From: Rhynchobatus australiae
Taxonomy: Eukaryota
Direction of reading: 5' to 3'
Length of the DNA stretch: 64,000 nt
Assembly: GCA_034780895.1 (NCBI GenBank)
Contig: JAUZTB010000135.1
Location: 78,337,836 to 78,401,835 of the forward strand
The position numbers were made by a program, and so were the translations under genes. Below the pieces are notes generated by a model. The model searched no databases and had not been told where the DNA came from. It was given only the letters and a program-made list of their open reading frames with translations. The number at the start of each line of letters is the position of its first letter. Positions within the stretch are counted from its first letter, which is position 1. Shown piece by piece: positions 28,101-37,639 of this stretch.

Positions 28101-31059
28101 GAATGTACAATTATAATGTTTACAGGTTGTATCATTCATGAAGGAATCTTTATTACATTAAAATCATTGGACGCCATTAGGTAAAAATACAAAATGTGTA
28201 TGTTGCTATTTCTCTTCAGATGTTTAGGTTGTATGAAAAATTAAATCCATTCAGTGCGACCAATAAACTTAAATGAATGTTGTCAGCAAGAGCCATGAAC
28301 CAAATGTGGATTTGAGCTTCATTTAAATCTGCAGATCTTCTGGGCAAAAACTGGACTTACCAATCAGCTTCAAAATATTAGAAATTCTAATGCACCCTAA
28401 TGGGTGCACTGCTTAGAACACTAACCAGCTGTTATGGTCATTAGCCATCCAGAAGAAATTTCAGTTGGCTCAACCCTAATGCAAAAACTGATACAGTGTT
28501 GCATGATTTAGTACCAGAAAGTCTGCTGCACAATACAACTTGTGGAAGCAAATCTTCAGTGCAGGTTCAGATTCAAGTTTCTTGTCACAGGCATACATAC
28601 TCAGGGTATAAATGCCATGAAAATTAGCTTTTTGCAGTAGCAGCACCACAATACATTACAAACATAACAAATAAAAGTTAACATAAACTTCAATTAACAT
28701 AAATTATACATAATTTACACAACAAAATAAACATTGCAGTGGGAGGTCAAGGACCATAAGCACAACTGGGCCTTTGCTACGACCAGCCTTAAAGTTGGGA
28801 TGGTGGAATTGGGACAGTGAAGTTGGCTTTGGAGCTCTGCAGTTTGGAAGNNNNNNNNNNNNNNNNNNNNNNNNNNNNNNNNNNNNNNNNNNNNNNNNNN
28901 NNNNNNNNNNNNNNNNNNNNNNNNNNNNNNNNNNNNNNNNNNNNNNNNNNNNNNNNNNNNNNNNNNNNNNNNNNNNNNNNNNNNNNNNNNNNNNNNNNNN
29001 NNNNNNNNNNNNNNNNNNTGGCAATCGGTGATCACTGGTCTTTAAGTGCACTGGGTTGAGGGGAATGGTAACTGGGTAGTGGGAATATAATATGGTGGTC
29101 AATGTTATCTGCATGCTTGCCCAAAGAACACAGTTAATAATTTACTTTTCTGCCAATCATCCAAGCCTGGCACTGTGGAAGTAAAACTACTTAGTGCTGG
29201 ACAGGTGCTCCCAGCACAATATGATCCAAGTCAAGCTACAACATCCCATAAGAAATATTGCATGGGGATGAGATCTGATGCACAAGGGTGAAAAAAAATC
29301 AGAAGTTTCTATTTAAGTTTCCAGAGTAATGCAAAATGACCTGAAGTGATCGTGCTCAATTGTCCCTCCGGGTGGAAGGAATCAATACATAAAGTTGAAA
29401 AAAAAGGCATTATGAAATTTAATTTCTAGGCACAAAAATGATATGAGTAACAAATTCTGTTGTTGCTTTGAACTGCAGGATAGCTTTTCAATGCTTGAAA
29501 ATAATTATTAACATTCATCATTTAAAACATGGTTTAAATAAGCAGCAAGTGTTAGCTAGAGGGACAGATCTGTCTGTCAAAAGTTGAGTCATTCAAGCTG
29601 TTTGTGTACAACTTGTGGTGGTCATTTACAAAGAGAGTCTTCCTGGCTACAGTAATCAGTCTGCTTCTCATCATTGTACAATCCAAAAAAAAACTTGGAA
29701 AAGAAAATGTTTTTGAAGCACTGAATATAGCTGAGATTCAAGTTAATTAAAGCAGAAAACTCCAAATAATTAGTTGGATAAAATTAGACAAGTGGAAAAG
29801 CAGTGTTTAAAGCAGGTAATTGTTTCAGGCTGCCAGGGGTAGGGTTGTGGAGGTGTGTTCTGTGGGTGGGGGTCACATTGGGAATCTGGTTTGCTGATCT
29901 GACTAACAGAACATAAGCCTTCATCAGTGGCTGGCCTGCTCAGGAGCACTGGGAACATCACATATAAGTATTTGTCAGTTGATATGAGAGCTTTGATGTT
30001 CTATATGTGGTTTGTTTGAAAATGGCAAGGAGTTTTCAAAGTCTGAATATTGGTAACTGGTTAATTTCCTGAATTACAAGGTTTGGTAGTCTGTTGATCT
30101 GGAAGAAAAGGCTGTTCCTACTTTGAAGATAGTTGCATTTTCTTTCAAAATGACACAGTCATGTAGCACCTGACCACACAGGGTTATTGGGGAGAAATTC
30201 AAAGTTACATGGTCGTTGTAAACATAATACTCAATTTATTAGTTATGCTGATTATTTCAATAAAAGGGAGATAATGAATGAAAATCTTACTGCTTTTGAT
30301 GCTTTTTTTCTTGGGAAGAAAGGAAAATAACATAGTTTTACTTTGCTAACTTTGTATATTTCAAAAGCAGACCTGCTTGACGGTGATCGTGCCTTTGGCT
30401 GGTGTCATTTGGTTCAGTTGGTTATACTCTTGCCTTAGTCAAAGAGGTACTAGTTCAAACCCCTCAAGAGAATTTCACCACATAATCCTAAACCTGATTA
30501 GCAAAAACATTCTTGACAAATGCATTCACTTTTCTTTGCCCAATAATTAACTTTAGCACATAATACCAATGTCACGTTTAATTAAATTTGGTCTGATAAC
30601 TTCCTGTGTATTGGCTTAAAATTTTCACAAAGGGCACTAACTAAAAGCTGGTTATTCTTGTTGTAATCAAGGTCCATTTTCAAAACCAATGCACCCCTGA
30701 TACTGCTCAAATAATATCATCTTCAATATCTTTATTAATATTAATTGTTCAACCTACTAAATTTGGTCAATATCTAGTGGAAGAACTTTGCAGGATGACT
30801 GCTGTATTTAGATTCAGCTGGAAAGGTGGAACAGGGTAGGACAAGGAAGGAGCAGCAATGAAGAAAATCTTTTAAACTGCAAATGGTATTCAGTTAAAAT
30901 TATCCTTAGTACATGTTAGTGTCCCGCTTTGATGGGGAAGAAGTCAAAGTCGGACTGCAGATGCTGGAAAATAATGACTCTGCCCCTGCATTCAACTCCG
31001 CAAGTTATGAGATGTATGTCATTTCACTCCCAGTTAAATGAAGAACCTGAAAATTAAAA

Positions 31060-31270
31060 AAAATGATGCTGGACTGGAAATTTGAAATCATCAAAGAAAC
31101 ATTCAATAGGTCAGGCAGCATCCATAGAAAGAGAAACAAAGCCAATATTTCAGGTCACTTTGTCAGTACCTTTTGACAAAAAGGTCTCTGACCTGAAATA
31201 TTGAACTTGTTTCTCTTTCCACGGATACTAGCTGATCGACTGGGTGTTTCCAACGATTTGTCTTTAATAC
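31060..31270. repeat. Fold-back (inverted) Penelope-like terminal repeat
   Basis: gaaagagaaacaa...caatatttcaggtca pairs with tgacctgaaatattg...ttgtttctctttc around a centre near 31170. Confidence 0.75.
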
Positions 31271-31719
31271 AAATGAAGAAAATATTTGGCTAGTATTGTC
31301 ACTAGAGTCACAAAATTAATTTCAGATTTGCACAAGTTGGGTCCTGGATTTATCCATCCCTTAAGTATTTAGCGCCATTGTTTTGTGGGGAACCACATTT
31401 CATCTGTTGTGTTCAAATCTGTCTAATAGAATTATCGAATATCTATTGCTTCTTATCCAATGCACATTTAATATCCTGCAAATTTGTCCACAACTATTTC
31501 TCCCCACTATAACAACTGGTCCTGCTTTAATTCATTTGATATTAACTGAGATACGTTGGGATTGGTTTTGTGATATTAACCAGACTTAATGAAGTTTCAT
31601 GGCAATGAGTTAAAGATGGACAAGGCATCCTCCTGCTATTTAACACCCACTGCACTCCCTCGGCTGATGGTGAATACCACTCGGAAGAAGCACTGATCAG
31701 AACGAGTGAGCCCATTTAA

Positions 31720-32480
31720 AGGAGCACCTGTGAGAGAAACGTTTCGGGTCACGACCTCCTGCCAGGGCTCGTTGGACTCGAACCGTCGGCTCCAGCTGCA
31801 GCGGATCCCCGAACCTGCTCCGACTTCCCGCCCATCCCGGGAGCTGATACGCCACAGCCCGGGCCCGGATGTGACGCTGCACTGGCGCGAGCATTCGATC
31901 CAAGGGCGGTTGTTCAACGGCCCGGGGAGGCGGGTGCGCGCGCACCCCCCAGGTCACTCGGGGGTGCGCGCGCACGCGTGGCTCCAGGCCCTCGGCCGTA
32001 CGCGATGTCGCTCGTCCGCTCCCAGGCCGCCGGGACGAGCCGCAAGAAGGGGAAGGTGCTCTCTCGAAAGGAGTGGGACAGCACCATCAATGACCTGAGC
32101 GTTCACCGAGCCCACCCGGAGGAGCTGGCGCGGCGCCGGGAGACGCGCGTCTCCAAGAACCGGGCCGCAGCGCAGTGGGAGCTCCGGCAGCGGGCGGCGA
32201 GCGGCGGGCAGAGGCGGCGAGCGGCGCGGACCCAGCAGCGGCCGGTGACGGCCGAGCTGTTGCTTGACCAGTACCGGCTGCGCGACGTGCTGGCTCGGTC
32301 TGACCGCGCTCTGGCCGTGCTGCGGGATCCCTTCGGCGATGCCCCGCGGCGCCAGGCCGGCTTCCCGAACGTCACCGTGGCCCCCAGCGGCGAGCAGCCT
32401 CCCGCCGCGCAGCTGATAGCGCAGAAGGGCGAGCAGCCCACTCAGCTGTCCCTGCTCTGCGAGTCGGTGATGGACTCGCA
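31720..32480 (+). promoter_or_regulatory. CpG island / promoter of SPICE1, extending into the 5' part of the ORF
   Basis: The only densely CpG- and GC-rich block in the window. Contains TTCCCGCC (E2F-like, 31825-31832), CCGGATGTGACG (ETS-CRE-like, 31865-31876), GGGCGG (31904-31909) and TGCGCGCGCA twice (31935-31944, 31965-31974). Confidence 0.85.
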
Positions 32481-34446
32481 GGCCCTCAATGAAGCTTCCT
32501 ACTGCAGAGAGCCGGAGGCAGACGGTTCAGTGTCCGTGCAGCATCAGACAGGTGGTCACCCACTGGAACCGAGAACCCCCGAACCCTTGGGAGACTGGCC
32601 CCAGATATCGCCCACCCGGACCCCAGATGTTGCCTCGGTGGTACACGCAGGTTTAAATGCAACCGCAGCCATCCAGAGAGTGAGGTCCAGAGTGGAAAGT
32701 AGAGCGGAGAATGATGCGGAACCAGGTGACACATCCCCAACTGAATCCACCAGGGTAATCCGGCAAGTACTTCACCCTGCTTCAAGAAACTCTCAGAACG
32801 GCATATCAAAGGACAAAGTTTGTGATGCACCTACCGAAAGAATAGAAAACAGGAGGCCTGAGGACAGGCAGATGAATCTGGAGGTGCTGCAGGAAATGAT
32901 TGAGAAAATTGACAAGGAGCTGGTGGAATTCGATCGCCAAACAGGATGCGAGGTTACCAGCTGGTTGCCCGAGAAGGGTCGTGGTTTAACAGGTTTCACT
33001 TTCTCATTGGTCAGCTTGATCAGCAGATTGACCCACTCTTTAAAAGAGTGCAGAATTCAGCAGTGGCAGGAGAAGGAAAACCATCAGCAACTTCTGGAAA
33101 AATCCAACCATCAGCAAGCATTGATTGATGCGGTAACAGCAGAATTTCTAATGGTACAGAACAAATTTGTTTCGCTGCAGGCTAACCTGCAGCAATATAT
33201 GATCAAAACAGATGAAGAGCTGCACTCACTGAAACAAATGTTGCATAGATCTCCAAAAGCAGAAAGTAATAAACTAAGACAGAGCATTGTTCATGCAGCT
33301 CAGGAGATTGCAGTAGGACAGGAGAGTTTGTATAGTTGCACTTGCCCTAAGAAACAAGCCAGTGTTCTTTCAAAGGTTGTACCAAATGATGACAATGGAT
33401 TTTTAAAAGGCCTGAACCAAAAGCAGCCCTGTGCTTATCAGTACAAAGGGAATCAGTTGGAGAATGAAAAGGGTCAGAGTTTACCTGAACATCCATTTGG
33501 TCCTGCGGTATTGCTTTCTCCTCCAAGACAGAGGAATAGCCAAATAGCAGCTGGATCACAAACCACAGTTAACTTGTGTCAAGAGACCCCTCTATCTTGT
33601 AATGTACATAAGGAATCAAATGAACCCTCACTGATTCTTAAGGAAGCCTCGTATGTTCCACAAGGAGAAAATGACTTTGCCAAACACTTAGCAGCACAGA
33701 ACCAAGTGTCAGATTGTCAGGACCTTGCCCAGCAATGTAAGATTTGTGATGCTATCAGTGAGCACAAGAACCTGAGTCTCACTTCACCTGTTGAGGCTTG
33801 CATGCATCCAGGAGCTGTTGGTGACATGGCAACATGCAATCTGAAAAAAGTGGAAAACACCGTGGAATCTGAAGACAATCAAAATCCTTCTTTGAACAAT
33901 TGGCTTAAACATGAAGCAATGTTAACTCAAATTACTGAGCTACAGTTGCAGAATTCTGCTCTCAAAGCCCAACTTGGTCAGTTCAAAATAGGTAAATTAC
34001 CTGAGCCAACACCACAAATTGAGAAGACTATTCCCAGCACTTCTCAAAGTCTTCAGCAAAGGATTGCTGAGCTCAACCATCAGAGTGCTGAAGCACGCAG
34101 CAAACTTTTGCATCTGATTGAACAGCAAAGACAGATATCCTCTGAGTCAATATCTCCAACCATTTCTCCTATCCCACCCGAGGGAATGGAAACTGGAACT
34201 GGCAGCAGAATGCTGGAAATATTGATCCCATTGCCCAATGTATTGGACTCTTCCACAGGTAGCACACCTTCCCCTGCTAGTAGAGTTAACAGAAATAAAT
34301 CAATAGATAACACTAGTACAGCTAGTTCCACGTTCCACTTGAATAAAGTTGAAGGAAATAGGACACCTGTAACTCGAGGAACAAAACCAGAAAGATTGAA
34401 AGAAGAAGGTTGGTTTGCGCTATCCACTCATACCATGCGATTCTAA
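32005..34446 (+). CDS. SPICE1: Spindle and centriole-associated protein 1 (SPICE1/CCDC52), single-exon ORF, 813 aa
   Basis: Uninterrupted ORF. The first ATG is at 32005 (cgcgATGt, G at -3); the track's 31978 start is a GTG. Motifs recognised from vertebrate SPICE1: N-terminal MSLVR...KEWDSTINDLSVHRAHPEELARRRETRVSKNRA..QWEL, DQYRLRDVLARSD, RRQAGFPNVTVAP, ESVMDSQALNE, LTGFTFSLV, a coiled coil LQQRIAELNHQSAEARSKLLHLIEQQ, and C-terminal EEGWFALSTH. Confidence 0.93.
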   Translation: MSLVRSQAAGTSRKKGKVLSRKEWDSTINDLSVHRAHPEELARRRETRVSKNRAAAQWELRQRAASGGQRRRAARTQQRPVTAELLLDQYRLRDVLARSDRALAVLRDPFGDAPRRQAGFPNVTVAPSGEQPPAAQLIAQKGEQPTQLSLLCESVMDSQALNEASYCREPEADGSVSVQHQTGGHPLEPRTPEPLGDWPQISPTRTPDVASVVHAGLNATAAIQRVRSRVESRAENDAEPGDTSPTESTRVIRQVLHPASRNSQNGISKDKVCDAPTERIENRRPEDRQMNLEVLQEMIEKIDKELVEFDRQTGCEVTSWLPEKGRGLTGFTFSLVSLISRLTHSLKECRIQQWQEKENHQQLLEKSNHQQALIDAVTAEFLMVQNKFVSLQANLQQYMIKTDEELHSLKQMLHRSPKAESNKLRQSIVHAAQEIAVGQESLYSCTCPKKQASVLSKVVPNDDNGFLKGLNQKQPCAYQYKGNQLENEKGQSLPEHPFGPAVLLSPPRQRNSQIAAGSQTTVNLCQETPLSCNVHKESNEPSLILKEASYVPQGENDFAKHLAAQNQVSDCQDLAQQCKICDAISEHKNLSLTSPVEACMHPGAVGDMATCNLKKVENTVESEDNQNPSLNNWLKHEAMLTQITELQLQNSALKAQLGQFKIGKLPEPTPQIEKTIPSTSQSLQQRIAELNHQSAEARSKLLHLIEQQRQISSESISPTISPIPPEGMETGTGSRMLEILIPLPNVLDSSTGSTPSPASRVNRNKSIDNTSTASSTFHLNKVEGNRTPVTRGTKPERLKEEGWFALSTHTMRF

Positions 34447-35160
34447 AGATGTGAGATATATAAATCTATATTTGGATAATTGAGGAACAAGTAGAAGCGC
34501 TTCCATATTTGTAGGATAAAACACTACAGAAATCTGAAACAGAAAATACATTTTTGAATGATCAGCACAAGAACTACCACTTGTTCTATTCTCTCCAGAG
34601 ATTTCAGATTTTTTTTGTTTGAGCTTTTGTATTTGCTCTGCGTAACTTTGAATGGAAGTGGATAAAATTTTGTGAGCATGGATAGTTGGATATTTTCAAT
34701 TGTGCTGATTGATCTACAGATTAAAAAATACAGGCTATTATGAAGCTGCTGTACTAGAAAGAAATGAGTTGTGGGTGTCCTTGTTTGTACTGCAGTATTT
34801 TTAATTGATCAGTTTTCAATTTTAAGTTTGGGTTAGTCACAAGGAAACTAAGTGATGGGTAATAAATTGGCAATCCATTTTACATCCCTCCATTTATTTC
34901 TATTGCCTTCATTGTAAATAAATGTGAGATGTTTTTTTAAAAAATGCTAAATTACAATCAAGTCTTTTGGGCTGGGATGTTTGGAGTTTTTTTATATAAG
35001 GTTCAGAAATTCTTTTGACTTGGAACAAGGAGTTATCAGTGTTTAAGATAACTTATTTATAATTAAGAATTTTATTACATTTTATACAGATAAATAGATT
35101 ACAATATGATTTGTATTTGGTACATTAATAAAACTTCCACAATATGAACAGAAATGAAAA
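34447..35160 (+). other. Probable SPICE1 3' UTR with candidate polyadenylation signals
   Basis: T-rich sequence with no recognisable repeat after the stop codon; AATAAA at 34861, 34917 and 35127. Confidence 0.6.
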
Positions 35161-37165
35161 GAGTGCTTCCTTTTATGGTACTTAGCTCAAAAGCTTCCAA
35201 TGTCATTTCTTGTAAGCTGTCAGAGATTCTCTTGGATCAGGCTCTCTGATCTACCTGCATGAGAGCCCCAACCAGGAATCCTTGAGTGAGAATGGAGAAT
35301 TCATAATTTGGGGATGGGAATACCACCAGAAGCTGAAAGTTTAGGTGTTCAAGGATGAACCATTGATTTATGGATATTGTGGGGTCAAAGAAGAGAGAAG
35401 ATGGAGAACTAATTGGGGACTTGGGAAGGAAGGTGAGAAGAAGTGCAGGCAACAGAACAATGAAATTGAATTCAATAAACTTGATATTTTTCTGCTAGGA
35501 CCAAAAATGGAACTTGAAGTTTCTGGAATTATAAAAGTTCACCTAATGTTTATCATCTCCCTGTGTCATGGTCATCTGTGTTGTTATGCTGGTGTTTGGT
35601 TTTTGTAGCATTATGTATGTCGGTCCTCCAATCCCCAACTGAGAGTTCTGTCTATGACAACCAGTTTGAAATGGAGCTTTAATTAACTCAATCCCCTGAA
35701 TGTTCCCTGAATAAGTCATGAATAATCCTGGCTGTAAAACGATCTGAGTTCTTCAGAAATCTTAATTTGAGAATGATAAGGCAAAGAATACATTGTTTCT
35801 CTGTGAGGTTTACTCTGTTATGGATAGTGGGTGTCTCTTGCATACAAATTGGAAGTGTACTGGAAAGTAATCACTCAATTTATTTTTTGTCTCCCCATTC
35901 TAGAGGAAATTGTCACAAGCAGTGAACATAATGTACTAAATTAAAAAAAAAGTACAAAGAATGTTTGGAATTCTCCGCAGCAGTCAGGAAGGAGGTAAAA
36001 GGGCAAGTGTTGCTACTCCAGACCTTGATCAGGAGGTAGCTGTTTGAAGGCGAAGGCACGTTAAGAAAGATTGACGAGAAATGGGCTGTTATAAAGGAAT
36101 ATCCTTTGGAATATTGAAAGAGGAGGTGTGAAATGAAAATATTCTGTATCATGCTGCAGATAGTGGAGGATGATCCATCGTGGATAATTTTGGATGGTTG
36201 GGCTGCAGGTAGCTCTGACAGTACTGAAATACCTCAGCATGCCATGGCTATCAGGGAATTACTGAACCTCCTGTTGTTTCCATCCAGGACTTGTTCTTAA
36301 GTTTTTTTGCTGAACCTCTGCCTTCAGGTGTCCACAGAGCTATTTCCCTTGAGAAATGGTTGATCCCACAGTATGGGAATGCTGTATGTTTGCAGTTATT
36401 CAGCTCCTCAATCTGATCATTCTCATCAAACCACTTTGTTCTTAGTAGAAAAGCCACAAGTCTCTCTGTACATGTGTCAGTTATGGTGGACTTCAGGGCA
36501 GCCTATAATCTTCATACCCCTGAAGATGCATGTACTCCTAGCAATTTGAGACCTAATAAATTATTTCTCCAATAAACAACACCTGTTTCACATTTACTAA
36601 AGTATTACTGTGATTATGCATAACTATGGATACATTATATCACATATTACATACATCAACTGTAATTCCCAAATTTAACAAAACACCCATTAATTACAAT
36701 GGTAATTAACCTGCTACAGTAATTACAATTATTTTTTCCAAAATATTACCGAGTAATCACAAACTCATCCACAGCAATTTCTATTTAATTTACTAACATT
36801 TCCCATCTTCTTGCCTTTAATTTTTTTCGCATTACAACCCTCATTGTAGCTTCCTATTGACATTGGACCTTTCCTTTTCTTGACTGCCCACCTTGAAACT
36901 AGAAAGTCTTTGCCTCTGACCTCTTCTCTGGATAGGTTCCAGTATAAGCAACTTAATCATCATGATTCTCTGCCTCTCTTGCTGTACCTTGACTATAGTG
37001 CATGATCTGACATCACTAAGTCCATTTCTGAGGAAATGGTCTTCAAATAGCTTCCACATAGCAACACAATCCCTCAAGCCATCTTGCTTGATCTGAGCCT
37101 GGTTCAGGAAGTTCTGTGAACAGCAGAAACTTTATAGACCTCACATCTCTTTCCATTTGATAATT

Positions 37166-37318
37166 GACACAAAGTGCTGGAGGAACTCAGCAGGTCAAGC
37201 AGCACCAATGGAGGAAAATAAACAGTTTATTTCTCTCCATAGATGGTGTCTGACCTGCTGAGTTCTTCCAGCACTTAGTGTGTGTTGCTCCAGATTCCAG
37301 CATCTGCAGAATCTCTCA
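37166..37318. repeat. Fold-back Penelope-like terminal repeat
   Basis: agtgctggaggaactcagcaggtca...aaataaac-a-gtttattt...tgacctgctgagttcttccagcact; near-perfect stem. Confidence 0.85.
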
Positions 37319-37639
37319 TGCACCTGATAATTGAAACGTGTTTGCTGTAACACCCTCGTTCCACTCTCACAGTGGATCCTGGCAATAATACAGCCATTAT
37401 CCTAACATGCTGGTAAACAAATTCTCATGATCTAAACTAATTGCAGACACTCTTTATGAAACTTTCACTACTGAAGACTCCAAATACTCCCCTTGGCTCA
37501 GAAGAGGCAACATCACTGGTTCCACCATATCCTACCCAATAGCTGAGTCCATGTCTGTACTTTCCAATGGATGGTAAGCTAAACCAATCATTCTGCACAT
37601 TTGTCTCTAGCATCTGAGGCAAACAGAAACACTTTGGTG

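Noticed and set aside
30405-30480. tRNA-like sequence (ggttcagttggttata...gttcaaaccc)
   Set aside because: No intact cloverleaf; more likely a decayed tRNA-derived SINE head.
31978-32004. 9-codon N-terminal extension of the SPICE1 ORF in the ORF track
   Set aside because: It starts at GTG; the ATG at 32005 matches the known SPICE1 N-terminus (MS.VR).
31636-32441. Overlapping ORFs of 90-130 aa on both strands around the CpG island
   Set aside because: Expected from stop-codon scarcity in GC-rich DNA and antisense shadows of SPICE1; no recognisable domain.
31060-37318. Idea that the two Penelope fold-backs bracketing SPICE1 define a mobile cassette
   Set aside because: Such termini occur more than ten times in the window and the two differ in sequence and decay, so bracketing is expected by chance.
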